A DNA stretch of 58,326 nucleotides, taken from the NCBI GenBank assembly GCA_964348515.1, contig CAYGDA010000003.1, positions 10,401-68,726 of the forward strand. Reading direction: 5' to 3'. Source of the DNA: an uncultured Candidatus Saccharibacteria bacterium (GTDB lineage Bacteria; Patescibacteriota; Minisyncoccia; Phycocordibacterales; UBA5272). The notes beneath the pieces are model-generated. The model saw nothing but the letters and a program-made list of their open reading frames with translations. It had not been told where the DNA came from and made no database searches. Of this stretch, positions 8,670 through 18,741 are shown one piece after another. The number at the start of each line of letters is the position of its first letter. Positions within the stretch are counted from its first letter, which is position 1. The position numbers were made by a program, and so were the translations under genes.

Positions 8670-9537
8670 AATCCCTGAATTTGAAAAACACTTTGTTGCC
8701 GAAACGCACATCTATATAGAAAAGTTTGTCGCGCGAATTTGCCATCTTTGATTTCAGGGGGTCGGCCAAAAGCGCTGAGTTCAGATTGCTCAGTGTTTGC
8801 CACGGATCTTTTTTGTAATTCATTTCAATTTTTGCATCGGAGTTTTTGCCGGTACTGTCTTTAAGCCAGAAAAATACATCCGAATCGTCGCCAAAAGAAG
8901 CCGCGTACACCGGAATACCCAATTTTTCTATGCCGTCCCGCAGGCCCGTTACTACCCTGAAATCGGCCGCCGGAATAATCTGCGTGCTTATTCCTTTGGT
9001 GGAAGTCGCCCCGCCTCCGGAAAAACCGTCAAAGAAAACAAGATATGTCCCGGGAGAAAATTTATAAGGTTCAAAAATATAACCGTTTTCATCGGAAACA
9101 AAACAATCTTCACCACCTTTTGGAGCATCTGCCGAAGCGCAGTATGCGTATGCGGGAGACCGCTCTTTAACGTCTACGGACAAATTAAAAATTCCTGAAG
9201 ATGAAACCTGCGCATCAGAAAGCCTTGGGTATGCGCTCATTAGAGAGGCCGCCATTTCTTCTTTCGGCACAAAAATAATATTCTTTTTTGAAATGAGATT
9301 ACCGTAAAACCCGGACAGCGTATCTCCGATGCGGGCACGCAGAGAAATTTCCGGTACGGCGTTATTTCCGGAAATCAAAACGGAACGCACAAACAGATAC
9401 GGGCTTCTGAGAGCCAGGGTATAAGAAACGGCTATAACCAAAATAAGTATTGCGATAATAGTAAACCGCTTGCGCTTTACTTCACGTCGGACCGAACTTT
9501 TGTGCGCAATGTTTGCCCGGTATTTTATTTCCCGCAT
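8668..9537 (-). CDS. cell division protein FtsQ/DivIB-like (TM anchor plus POTRA)
   Basis: 289-aa ORF with an N-terminal basic region and TM helix, then a POTRA-like segment (VRSVLISGNNAV). Confidence 0.6.
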   Translation of the reverse strand: MREIKYRANIAHKSSVRREVKRKRFTIIAILILVIAVSYTLALRSPYLFVRSVLISGNNAVPEISLRARIGDTLSGFYGNLISKKNIIFVPKEEMAASLMSAYPRLSDAQVSSSGIFNLSVDVKERSPAYAYCASADAPKGGEDCFVSDENGYIFEPYKFSPGTYLVFFDGFSGGGATSTKGISTQIIPAADFRVVTGLRDGIEKLGIPVYAASFGDDSDVFFWLKDSTGKNSDAKIEMNYKKDPWQTLSNLNSALLADPLKSKMANSRDKLFYIDVRFGNKVFFKFRD

Positions 9538-9540
9538 GGC

Positions 9541-10803
9541 TTAACGGCTGATTCTGTCCTTACCCATAAACGGCCTCAATACTTCCGGCACAGTAATGGA
9601 ACCATCCTCATTCTGATAATTTTCCACAATGGCAAGCAACGGGCGCCCGGAAAGAGCCGTATTATTCAAAGAGTGCGCGAAACGCAATTTGCCGTCATCG
9701 TCTTTATAACGGATATTCAGACGGCGTGTCTGAAAATCATGGAAATAAGAAGAGGAACCTGTTTCGCGGTATTTGCCTTCCCCCGGCATCCAGGCTTCAG
9801 CATCATATTTTTTTACCTGACCCTGCCCCAAATCCGCCCCGCAATTGGCTACCACATGGTGATGAAGCCCGAGTTTCTGCAAAAGTTCTTCGGCAAAAAG
9901 AGTTATGTCTTCATGATGCCTGACCGATTCCTCATGGCTCGCCTCGCAAAAAACAACTTGCTCCCATTTATAAAATTCGTGTACTCGGATAAGCCCTTGT
10001 GTGTCTTTGCCGTGCGCTCCGGCTTCACGGCGGAAACACGGTGAAAAAGAAATAAATTTGAGCGGCAATTGTTTTTTATCAAGAACCTCATCCATAAAAT
10101 ATCCCATAGTCGCCACCTCCGCCGTGCCCGCCAGATAATCGCCGTCCTGAGTCTTATATAAATCCTCTTCTCCCTGCGGCAAATAACCGGTGCCCATAAA
10201 CACTTCGCGCTTTACCATGGAAGGAACAATCATCGGATTAAATCCCTTTTCCACAAAATGTTTCTGCACGAAATTCCAGAGAGCAAGGGAAAGAAGCACC
10301 GCATCGTTTTTTAGGAAGTATCCGCGGAAACCGGCCACCTTTGTACCGCGCTCGAAATCAACCATATCAAGAGCCTTCATCAGTTCTATGTGACTTTTGG
10401 GCTGGAAGGAGAATTCCGGCTTCTTCCCCCATTTTCTTACCTCAACATTGTCGGCATCCGAGTTTCCTTCCGGCACGCTCATATCAGGAACATTGGGGAC
10501 ATGAAGCATTAGCTTTTGCCAGGAGACAACTGTTTCTTTAAGTTCCTCTTCGTTTTTTTTCAAATCTTCTTTAACCGTGCGCATCTCCTCAATCAGGGTC
10601 GTACGCTCGGAGGAATCGGCAATCCCCGCTATTTTATCGGAAAATTTATTCTGTTCACCGCGTAAAGCTTCAACTTTTGAAAGCAGTTCAAGGCGTTTTT
10701 TATCAACTTCCAAAAGTTCCTCAACGTTAAATTCAATGTGCTTTTTCTTGGCCGCAGCTGAAATAAGGTCTTTGTTTTCGCGGATAAATTTAATATCTAA
10801 CAT
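9541..10803 (-). CDS. serS: serine--tRNA ligase
   Basis: N-terminal coiled-coil MLDIKFIREN, then class II motifs FRRE and GSSSY...TRR. Confidence 0.95.
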   Translation of the reverse strand: MLDIKFIRENKDLISAAAKKKHIEFNVEELLEVDKKRLELLSKVEALRGEQNKFSDKIAGIADSSERTTLIEEMRTVKEDLKKNEEELKETVVSWQKLMLHVPNVPDMSVPEGNSDADNVEVRKWGKKPEFSFQPKSHIELMKALDMVDFERGTKVAGFRGYFLKNDAVLLSLALWNFVQKHFVEKGFNPMIVPSMVKREVFMGTGYLPQGEEDLYKTQDGDYLAGTAEVATMGYFMDEVLDKKQLPLKFISFSPCFRREAGAHGKDTQGLIRVHEFYKWEQVVFCEASHEESVRHHEDITLFAEELLQKLGLHHHVVANCGADLGQGQVKKYDAEAWMPGEGKYRETGSSSYFHDFQTRRLNIRYKDDDGKLRFAHSLNNTALSGRPLLAIVENYQNEDGSITVPEVLRPFMGKDRISR

Positions 10804-10841
10804 AGATTATTTTATGTGGGCAGTGTAACAAAAATGATACA

Positions 10842-11726
10842 ATGAAACAAATGGAAATTAAGGAAATCGCACGAAGCGCTTACCCGGAATTTCTCCTGCC
10901 CCTCCTTGAAATCCCGGAACCGCCGGAGAGACTCTATGTAACCGGAATCCTGCCAAAAAAAGACGGAATGAAGACACTCGCCATTGTCGGCTCCAGGCGG
11001 AATTCAAGTTATGGAAAAGAAGTCTGCGAAAATCTGATTGCCGGACTGCGCGGGTATCCCGTAATAATAGTCTCAGGACTGGCCTTAGGAATTGACTCAA
11101 TTGCGCACAAATCAGCATTGGGAGCGGGTCTTATTACAGTTGCGGTGCCGGGCTCGGGGCTTGCCCCAAAAGTTTTATACCCGAGTTTTCACCGGCCACT
11201 GGCAAAGGAAATTACGGAAGCCGGCGGAGCGCTGATTTCTGAATTCGAACCGGAAACCCAAGCCGCGCCCTGGACGTTCCCAAAACGAAACAGAATTATG
11301 GCGGGATTGGCCGATGCGCTTCTTGTAATAGAGGCCGAGGAACGTTCCGGCACGCAAATTACGGCGAGACTGGCGCTTGATTATAACCGCACGGTTCTGT
11401 CGGTTCCGGGAAATATCACCTCCGAAACATCCGCGGGGACAAACAGGCTAATCCGCGAAGGAGCCGTTCCTGTTACTTCCCCGGAAGACATATTGCGCGA
11501 ACTGGGATTTGAAATAAAAGAAGGAGAACAGCGCACTTTTGATTTTTCATCATTCTCACAAGCCGAGCAAAAGCTCCTTGAACTTCTCCGCGAACCACGG
11601 CACAAAGACGAGCTTCTTTCCCTTTCGGGACTATCCGCGGGCGATGCCCTTTCGGCACTAACAATACTTGAAATCAAGGGCGTAATAAAAGAAGAACTTG
11701 GACTCGTGAGAATCCTCTTAAATTGA
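10842..11726 (+). CDS. dprA: DNA processing protein DprA
   Basis: VSGLALGIDSIAHKSAL and the Rossmann-like DprA core. Confidence 0.9.
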   Translation: MKQMEIKEIARSAYPEFLLPLLEIPEPPERLYVTGILPKKDGMKTLAIVGSRRNSSYGKEVCENLIAGLRGYPVIIVSGLALGIDSIAHKSALGAGLITVAVPGSGLAPKVLYPSFHRPLAKEITEAGGALISEFEPETQAAPWTFPKRNRIMAGLADALLVIEAEERSGTQITARLALDYNRTVLSVPGNITSETSAGTNRLIREGAVPVTSPEDILRELGFEIKEGEQRTFDFSSFSQAEQKLLELLREPRHKDELLSLSGLSAGDALSALTILEIKGVIKEELGLVRILLN

Positions 11727-11788
11727 TACCTCTTAAGATGTGTGTTAGTTTAGCGCCAGGCACACACAAACAAAGGATACCAAACCAC

Positions 11789-12124
11789 ATGAAAGAACCC
11801 GCGCTTGCAGCGCGTCTCATTTTTTTGGGATTGCGCATAGCGGACAGGTATAAGTGGAATCTGTTCACGGTCTCCGCCACAATCTCGGCGGGAATCATAT
11901 CCTCTTATTATCTTTCACATAAGACCGTGCCCGTGCTTATGTTCTTCGCGCACATACTGTGCTGGCTGGCTCTCTCTGCCCAGCTGATAGAGCCGCTCCT
12001 CATATTATCGTACGCCCCCATCAGGAAAATTTTCGGAAACACAAAGTACAGAACCGTGATGGCAAACTCGGCCATACAGTCGTCTGTCCTGCTGGTTTTT
12101 CTCCACTTTTTCCTGACACGCTGA
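11789..12124 (+). CDS. hypothetical membrane protein
   Basis: Internal ATG preceded by an AAGGA-like RBS, followed by three hydrophobic helices. Confidence 0.4.
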   Translation: MKEPALAARLIFLGLRIADRYKWNLFTVSATISAGIISSYYLSHKTVPVLMFFAHILCWLALSAQLIEPLLILSYAPIRKIFGNTKYRTVMANSAIQSSVLLVFLHFFLTR

Positions 12125-12205
12125 TACCCGCCCCGCGCGGGATTTTTTATTTATGCATTTGCCAAACACCGCAAGGTATACTATATATATGTGCGCAACA
12201 CATAC

Positions 12206-14377
12206 ATGAAGCTTCTCATCGTCGAATCGCCTTCGAAGGCAAAAACAATTTCAAAATATCTTGGAGCGGGTTATGAAGTGCGCGCCTCGGTTGGGCACGT
12301 GCGAGACCTTCCAAAATCAAATAAAAAAGCAATCGACATAGATGGCGGCTTTATTCCCCATTACGAAGTTTCAAAAGGAAAAGAAAAAATTTTAAGCGAA
12401 ATAAAAGCGGCGGCAAAGAAAGCCGGTGAAATATATCTCGCAACCGACCCCGACCGCGAAGGTGAAGCTATTGCCTGGCACTTGAAGGAAGCGCTGGGCT
12501 TAAAAAAACCAAAACGCATAGTATTCCATGAAATTACAAAAGCTGCCGTGGAAGAAGCGCTCAAACACCCGCGCGACATTGACGACAACCTTAAACTCGC
12601 CCAGGAAGCGCGCCGCGTCCTCGACAGGCTCGTGGGCTACGATTTATCGGGCCTCATCTGGAAAAAAGTACGTTACGGGCTTTCCGCCGGCCGTGTGCAG
12701 TCTCCGGCACTGCGCATAATAATGGAGCGCGAACGTGAAATCCGTGCTTTTATCCCTGAAGAATTTTTCGTACTGCGCGGTTCTTTTGATACCGACGCCA
12801 AAAAGAAAACCGTTGTACTTAATCTTACCTGCGAAGAAGAACCGCGGGACGGGAAAGAAGCCGAGAGAATATTGGAACTTGGACGCAAAAACCCCTGGCA
12901 TGTGATTGATGTCGCAGAAACAGAAGCTAAGCGTTCTCCCCGCGCGCCGTTTATAACTTCAACACTCCAGCAGACGGCGAGTTCACGCCTCGGCTTTTCA
13001 CCGTCACGCGCAATGTCCGTAGCCCAGAAGCTTTATGAAAAAGGTCTCATTACATACATGCGAACCGACTCCACGAATCTCTCGGCACAGGCTGTAAAAG
13101 AAATCGCCGGAGTCATCACAAAAAAATTCGGCGCAAATTATCTGGAAACGCGTGTTTACAAAACAAAATCAAAAAACGCGCAGGAGGCGCATGAAGCAAT
13201 CAGACCGACAAGCGCGGCGGTTGAGCGCGGAGGAGTAACGGACGACGAGAAGAAACTGTATAAGCTTATATGGGACCGCACTGTCTCATCGCAGATGTCC
13301 GACGCCAAACTTCTGCGCACAAAAATATCCGCCACAATTTCGGGAGGCACAATCCCTTCGTTTTCCGCAACCGGAAGTGTGGTACTTTTCCCGGGCTGGC
13401 TTATGGCGGACCAGGGCGCCCGCGGAGAAGATGTGGAATTGCCAAAACTTAAAGCCGGTACTCCGCTTTACCTAATTGACCTCGAAAGCGAACGCAAAGA
13501 AACAGAACCACCGCCGAGATACACGGAAGCCGGTCTCGTTAAAGAACTTGAGAAACGCGATATAGGCCGTCCTTCCACTTACGCTTCAATAATAGGCACA
13601 ATACAAACTAGGGGGTACGTGGAAAAAATAAACAAAGCTCTTCATCCAACCGACACCGGGGATGTTGTTTCAACATTTCTGGAACAAAACTTCGCAAGTT
13701 ATATAAGCGACTCTTTCACGGCGGAAATGGAAGATAAGCTCGACCAGATAGCTGAAGGAAAACTCAAGTATCTCAAATTACTGCAGGATTTTTACAAGCC
13801 GTTCCAGAAAGAAATAAAAATAAAGGACAAGCTTGAAAAGGCCACGAATATGGGCACCTCTGACTTCAAATGCCCTCTTTGCGAAGGCCCAATGGTTATA
13901 AAGCTCGCGCGCTCAGGAAGATTCCTTTCCTGTGAAAATTTCCCAAAATGCACGGGGGCACGGAAAATCGACGGCACTATAATGGAAGGCCCGAAAGAAA
14001 CGGGAGAAATGTGCCCGACCTGTAAAACCGGAAAGCTGTTGGAACGCGAAGGACGCTTCGGAAAATTCATTGCCTGTTCCAATTATCCCAAGTGCAAATA
14101 TATAAAAGAGAGCCCCGAAGAAGAAGCCCGCAAAAAAACCGGAATACAATGCCCGGTCTGTAAAAAAGGAGAGATGGTTGAACGCCGCGGGCGATTTGGA
14201 CTTTTTTATTCCTGTTCCGACTACCCGACCTGTAAGAACGCCATTAAAGCAAAACCAACCGGAAACATCTGTAAACTTTGCGGATCACTTATGATGGAAG
14301 GCACAAAGACAATACCCGAGAGATGCAGTAATAAATCCTGCCTCAACCACAATCCCCACAAGCTGAAAAATTCTTGA
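12206..14377 (+). CDS. topA: DNA topoisomerase I with C-terminal zinc-ribbon repeats
   Basis: MKLLIVESPSKAKTI Toprim start, active-site region ITYMRTDS, and three to four CxxC...CxxC zinc-finger repeats. Confidence 0.95.
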   Translation: MKLLIVESPSKAKTISKYLGAGYEVRASVGHVRDLPKSNKKAIDIDGGFIPHYEVSKGKEKILSEIKAAAKKAGEIYLATDPDREGEAIAWHLKEALGLKKPKRIVFHEITKAAVEEALKHPRDIDDNLKLAQEARRVLDRLVGYDLSGLIWKKVRYGLSAGRVQSPALRIIMEREREIRAFIPEEFFVLRGSFDTDAKKKTVVLNLTCEEEPRDGKEAERILELGRKNPWHVIDVAETEAKRSPRAPFITSTLQQTASSRLGFSPSRAMSVAQKLYEKGLITYMRTDSTNLSAQAVKEIAGVITKKFGANYLETRVYKTKSKNAQEAHEAIRPTSAAVERGGVTDDEKKLYKLIWDRTVSSQMSDAKLLRTKISATISGGTIPSFSATGSVVLFPGWLMADQGARGEDVELPKLKAGTPLYLIDLESERKETEPPPRYTEAGLVKELEKRDIGRPSTYASIIGTIQTRGYVEKINKALHPTDTGDVVSTFLEQNFASYISDSFTAEMEDKLDQIAEGKLKYLKLLQDFYKPFQKEIKIKDKLEKATNMGTSDFKCPLCEGPMVIKLARSGRFLSCENFPKCTGARKIDGTIMEGPKETGEMCPTCKTGKLLEREGRFGKFIACSNYPKCKYIKESPEEEARKKTGIQCPVCKKGEMVERRGRFGLFYSCSDYPTCKNAIKAKPTGNICKLCGSLMMEGTKTIPERCSNKSCLNHNPHKLKNS

Positions 14378-14410
14378 CATAAACTTCGGGCACCTTAGTA
14401 TGGGCTATAT

Positions 14411-15871
14411 ATGCATACGGCGCTCAAAACCAGCAAGAACCTGTTTTCTTTGCTCCCCCACATAACCGCCGAAGAAAAAACGCGCATTGAGCGGGCTCTT
14501 GAGATGGCTATGCACGCGCACGAGGGGCAGCTCCGAAAAAGCGGCGAACCTTATTTTAATCATTTGATAGGAGCCGCCGAGATATTGGCCGAGTTTGACA
14601 TGGATACGGACACGGTGATTGCGGGAATACTGCACGACTCACTTGAAGACACAACGCTTCGTCCGGAAGAAATAAAAAAAGAATTCGGACCGACGGTTTT
14701 ATTTTTGGTGGAGGGGGTTACAAAACTCGGCAAACTGAAATATTACGGGGCTGAACGGCACGTAGAATCTTTGCGAAAATTATTCGTGGCAATGGCCCAC
14801 GACATAAGAGTTATTATTGTTAAACTGGCCGACCGCCTGCATAACATAAGAACACTGGAGTTTGTGCCGAAAGAAAAACGAAAGCGCATAGCTCTGGAAA
14901 CCCTCATGATACACGCGCGTATAGCAGACAGGCTCGGTATGGGTAAATTGAAGGCTGAACTTGAGGACGGATCTTTCCCGTATGTTTACCCGAAAGAGTG
15001 GGCGGAAACAAAGAAACTCCTTGAAGAAAACAAACACACGAAAGAAGAACGTCTGGAAAAATTCAGCCGGGAGATAGCCAAGGACGTGGCGGAAAGCGGA
15101 GTAAAAATAATAAAGAAAGATTTCCGCGTAAAACATCTTTATTCGTTTTGGAAAAAACTCGGAGAGAAAAAAGGAGACAGTAATAAAATTTACGACCTCG
15201 TTGCATTGCGCTTCATAGTCCCTACTGTGGAAGACTGTTACCGCGCGCTTGGCGCAATACATGCTCGCTATCAGCCTCTTCCCGGACGAATTAAGGACTA
15301 TATTGCCCTTCCAAAAATGAACGGTTACCGATCCTTGCACACAACCATCTTCACAGGAGAAGGCGGAGTTCTGGAAATACAGATACGCACCCAGGAAATG
15401 CATGATGAGGCGGAATACGGCGTTGCCTCGCACCTTACATACAAAGAAATAGGCAAAGGACTCGACAAAGAAACTCTGGAAAGAAAAACAGGGTGGACAA
15501 AGGAACTTTTGCGCTGGCAGGAAGAAGCGGCCCAGGCGGAAGAATTTCTCAAACACCTGCAGATAGACTTCTTCGAAGACCGCGTCTTTATTTTTACCCC
15601 GCGGGGAGAAGTTGTTGACCTGCCGCAAGGCGCAACTTCAATTGATTTTGCCTACGCGATACATTCCGACATCGGCGACCACATGGCCGGAACAAAAATA
15701 AACGGAAAACTTGTTTCCATTGAAACACCGCTGAAACAGAGCGACATTGTGGAAATTATCGTAAAAGATTCAGCGAAACCGAAACAAAAGTGGATTGATT
15801 ACGCAAAAACATCCCTGGCAAAACGGCACATCAAATCATTTCTGGAAAACGACCGCCGCTTACGCCGTTAA
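14411..15871 (+). CDS. bifunctional (p)ppGpp synthetase/hydrolase, short Rel/SpoT homolog (HD, synthetase and TGS domains)
   Basis: HD-domain motif HDSLEDT, synthetase motif YRSLHTT, TGS-like C-terminus. At 486 aa it lacks the distal regulatory domains. Confidence 0.85.
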   Translation: MHTALKTSKNLFSLLPHITAEEKTRIERALEMAMHAHEGQLRKSGEPYFNHLIGAAEILAEFDMDTDTVIAGILHDSLEDTTLRPEEIKKEFGPTVLFLVEGVTKLGKLKYYGAERHVESLRKLFVAMAHDIRVIIVKLADRLHNIRTLEFVPKEKRKRIALETLMIHARIADRLGMGKLKAELEDGSFPYVYPKEWAETKKLLEENKHTKEERLEKFSREIAKDVAESGVKIIKKDFRVKHLYSFWKKLGEKKGDSNKIYDLVALRFIVPTVEDCYRALGAIHARYQPLPGRIKDYIALPKMNGYRSLHTTIFTGEGGVLEIQIRTQEMHDEAEYGVASHLTYKEIGKGLDKETLERKTGWTKELLRWQEEAAQAEEFLKHLQIDFFEDRVFIFTPRGEVVDLPQGATSIDFAYAIHSDIGDHMAGTKINGKLVSIETPLKQSDIVEIIVKDSAKPKQKWIDYAKTSLAKRHIKSFLENDRRLRR

Positions 15872-15873
15872 AA

Positions 15874-16821
15874 CTACACCGAGAAATTTTTAATATTATA
15901 AAGATCTTCTTCGTCTTTTTGTTTTTCGTCCAGAGAACGGTCATCCTCCGCTACCGCCTCTCCTTTATTTTCTTCATCTAATGACGCAAACACATTGGGG
16001 ACTTTTTCTTTCAGTTGATTTAGAATCGCCTGCAATTCCTCCTGCGAGAAAAAATCTATCATTATTTTCCCGCCGGTCTGGCTCCGTTCAATCTGCACGC
16101 GGGTGCCGAGCGTCTCAGCAAGCTCTCCTTCCATTTCCGCCGTTTCCGGATCAAAATATTTTCCTTTTCTGCGTATCTTTTCAAAAGCAATATTGCGGGC
16201 TATGTGCTCCGCCTCGCGTACCGTCATTTTGCGGATAAGCATTTCCTGAAACAGTGTTTTCTGCTCTTCAGGCCTGTCTATAAGCATTAAAAGAGGTCTC
16301 GTGTGGCCTTCCGTGATTTTTCCCTCCACGATTCCCTGGAGCATGTCTTCCGGCAAAGAAAGAATACGCATGGTATTAGATACGTAGACACGGCTCTTCC
16401 CGATTTTTTTCCCAATCTGATTGTGCTTAAAACCGAACTCGTCCACTAAACGCTGAAAGGCGCGGGCGCGGTCAACCGGATTCAAATCCTCACGCTGAAC
16501 GTTTTCAATAATCGCCAGTTCCAGCTTTGCCCGCGGATCATCTCCGACACGGATTATAACCGGCACTTGGTTTAGGTTAACCAGTTTAGAAGCACGAAGA
16601 CGGCGCTCACCGGCAATTAGTTCGTATTCAACCGTTATACCGTCCTCTTTCTCTATTTCCTTGCGGGAAACCACGAGAGGCTGGAGTATCCCGTATTGGC
16701 GTATAGAATCGGCCAAATCACGCAGGTGCGCTTCATCAAACTCGCGGCGTGGCTGGTAGGGGTTCGGTTTTATCTTGTCCGTCTCAACCCAAAAGATGGA
16801 ATTTTCGTACAAATTGGCCAT
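15874..16821 (-). CDS. parB: ParB/Spo0J chromosome partitioning protein
   Basis: ParB box GERRLRASK and an HTH region. Confidence 0.9.
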   Translation of the reverse strand: MANLYENSIFWVETDKIKPNPYQPRREFDEAHLRDLADSIRQYGILQPLVVSRKEIEKEDGITVEYELIAGERRLRASKLVNLNQVPVIIRVGDDPRAKLELAIIENVQREDLNPVDRARAFQRLVDEFGFKHNQIGKKIGKSRVYVSNTMRILSLPEDMLQGIVEGKITEGHTRPLLMLIDRPEEQKTLFQEMLIRKMTVREAEHIARNIAFEKIRRKGKYFDPETAEMEGELAETLGTRVQIERSQTGGKIMIDFFSQEELQAILNQLKEKVPNVFASLDEENKGEAVAEDDRSLDEKQKDEEDLYNIKNFSV

Positions 16822-16903
16822 TGGAAATTTTTTTCATTTTAACATCTTTTTACTGCCAGTGCATTGCGCTTATGCGAGACTTTATTTACAATAGCCCCGT
16901 ATT

Positions 16904-16984
16904 TGCCGGAGTGGTGGAATGGTATACACGTGCGACTCAAAATCGCATGCCGTAAGGCTTGTGGGTTCAAGTCCCACCTCCGGC
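16904..16984 (+). tRNA. tRNA-Leu (anticodon CAA)
   Basis: Hand-folded type II tRNA. Anticodon loop CTCAAAA, long variable arm, T-loop TTCAAGT. Confidence 0.9.
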
Positions 16985-16994
16985 ACAGAATAAT

Positions 16995-17020
16995 CAAAAA
17001 ACCCGCATATGCGGGTTTTT
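16995..17020. terminator. bidirectional intrinsic terminator
   Basis: AAAAAA-CCCGCATATGCGGG-TTTTTT. Confidence 0.8.
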
Positions 17021-17039
17021 TGTTTTACACGGCTTATTT

Positions 17040-17213
17040 TTATTTTGTTTCGTCCACGCCCGTCTCTTCGTTTGATGGAGCGTGCCCATCAGTAACTTTA
17101 CAACTGCCGTCACCCTCACACCCTTCACCACAACCGCCTCCCCCACAACATCCTTTTTCGGAAGAACCGCAAGCACATTTCTCTTCCCCCTCCTTGTCTT
17201 TACAACAGCTCAT
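17040..17213 (-). CDS. 57-aa cysteine-rich (9 Cys) acidic peptide, metallothionein-like; not in the ORF track
   Basis: My translation is MSCCKDKEGEEKCACGSSEKGCCGGGGCGEGCEGDGSCKVTDGHAPSNEETGVDETK. It lies 20 nt downstream of the peroxiredoxin stop on the same strand, and a terminator follows. No clear SD. Confidence 0.45.
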   Translation of the reverse strand: MSCCKDKEGEEKCACGSSEKGCCGGGGCGEGCEGDGSCKVTDGHAPSNEETGVDETK

Positions 17214-17233
17214 GATTGTTTATTTTTAAATTA

Positions 17234-17776
17234 TTAAATAGATCTCAGATAGTCCGCCATTGTCTTCGCGTCAGAAACTTCGAACGGGTCGTCAGGACAA
17301 TTGTCAGAAAAACCGGGTTCGATAAACGCCTTCTTGATAACGCCGTCGTCGGCATAAAAACTGTATCTCCACGATCTGTCGCCAAAACCAAGATTATCTT
17401 TTGTAACCATCATACCCATACCTCTGGTAAAATCGCCAGAACCATCGGGAATAAGTTTTACTTTTGAAACGTTCTGGGCTTTACCCCACTGAAACATGAC
17501 AAAAGCGTCGTTTACAGAAAGACAATAAACTTCATCAACCCCAAGAGCTTTTAATTCATCATACGCGGCTTCATAACCGGGAAGATGCGTAGAACTGCAA
17601 GTGGGAGTAAAAGCCCCCGGAAGAGCAAAAACTACAACTTTTTTGCTCTTGAACAAATCTCCGGAGCTGACATCCTGCCAACGGTACGGATTTGATCCAT
17701 CCACGCTTTCATCTCTCACTCGTGTCTTTAAAATAACATCGGGAACACGTTTCCCTTCCAATTGCTTGCTTTCCAT
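17234..17776 (-). CDS. peroxiredoxin, Prx5 (atypical 2-Cys) type
   Basis: FALPGAFTPTCSSTHLPGY is the peroxidatic Cys motif typical of Prx5/PrxD. Confidence 0.85.
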   Translation of the reverse strand: MESKQLEGKRVPDVILKTRVRDESVDGSNPYRWQDVSSGDLFKSKKVVVFALPGAFTPTCSSTHLPGYEAAYDELKALGVDEVYCLSVNDAFVMFQWGKAQNVSKVKLIPDGSGDFTRGMGMMVTKDNLGFGDRSWRYSFYADDGVIKKAFIEPGFSDNCPDDPFEVSDAKTMADYLRSI

Positions 17777-17826
17777 AGTGGATAAAGATAAAAATTAAAG
17801 TTAATAAGAGAAAACGATTATAACCC

Positions 17827-18741
17827 ATGATTAAAAAACCCGCCAGTAACTTTCCCAAAATACTTGTAATTGTGGGGCCTACCGCCTCCGGCAAAAGCGC
17901 TCTTTCTGTGCGCCTGGCCAAGAAATTCAATGGGGAGATTATCTCCGCCGATTCCCGGCAGGTTTACACAGGGCTTGATATTGGGACGGGAAAAATCACC
18001 AAAAAAGAAATGCGCGGGGTTCCCCACCACCTCCTGGATGTGGTAAATCCCAAAAAACAATTCAGCGTGGCAGAATACAAAAAGCTGGCCGACAAGTCAG
18101 TCGGGAATATTTTGAAAAAAGACAAAGTTCCAATAATCTGCGGAGGCACAGGCCTTTATGTTGACTCAATTATAAACGGAGCGGTAATTCCCGAAGTAGC
18201 CCCAAACTTAAAACTCAGAAAACTTCTTGGAAAAAAGCCCACGGAAGAACTTTTTAAACTGCTCAAGAAACTAGACCCGCGAAGGGCAAAAAACATTGAC
18301 GCAAAAAACCCGAGAAGGCTCGTCAGGGCAATAGAAATTGCTAAGGCTTTGGGTAAAGTCCCGGACCACAAAACCCAAATCTCCAAATATCAACCGCTAT
18401 GGATTGGGTTAACTCCAGACAAAGAACCTTTGCGGAAAAAAATTCACGCGAGGCTTCTTGCACGAATGAAAACGGGAATGGTAAACGAAGCAAAAAAATT
18501 GCACGAGAATGGGCTCACGTGGAAACGGATGAACGACCTTGGACTGGAATACCGATACTTGGCAAAATACTTAAACGGCAGCATAACAAAAAAAGAAATG
18601 TTGGTTTTGCTTGAAAAAGAAATCCGGAATTATTCCAAACGCCAAATGACGTGGTTTAAGAGGAACAAAAAGATAAAGTGGTTTAGTCCTAGTGACGTGG
18701 CAAAAATAGAAAAGGAGGTAAAAAAGTTTATAAATTCTTAG
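17827..18741 (+). CDS. miaA: tRNA dimethylallyltransferase
   Basis: GPTASGKS P-loop, DSRQVY, GGTGLY. Confidence 0.9.
   Translation: MIKKPASNFPKILVIVGPTASGKSALSVRLAKKFNGEIISADSRQVYTGLDIGTGKITKKEMRGVPHHLLDVVNPKKQFSVAEYKKLADKSVGNILKKDKVPIICGGTGLYVDSIINGAVIPEVAPNLKLRKLLGKKPTEELFKLLKKLDPRRAKNIDAKNPRRLVRAIEIAKALGKVPDHKTQISKYQPLWIGLTPDKEPLRKKIHARLLARMKTGMVNEAKKLHENGLTWKRMNDLGLEYRYLAKYLNGSITKKEMLVLLEKEIRNYSKRQMTWFKRNKKIKWFSPSDVAKIEKEVKKFINS

Noticed and set aside
14780-15628. 282-aa minus-strand ORF
   Set aside because: It lies entirely antisense within the well-supported Rel/SpoT gene. Composition is low-complexity and F/L-rich, with no RBS. It is a shadow ORF.
16864-17229. 121-aa plus-strand ORF
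   Set aside because: It reads straight through tRNA-Leu(CAA) and the bidirectional terminator. The product is proline-rich and low-complexity. The opposite-strand Cys-rich ORF downstream of prx is more plausible.
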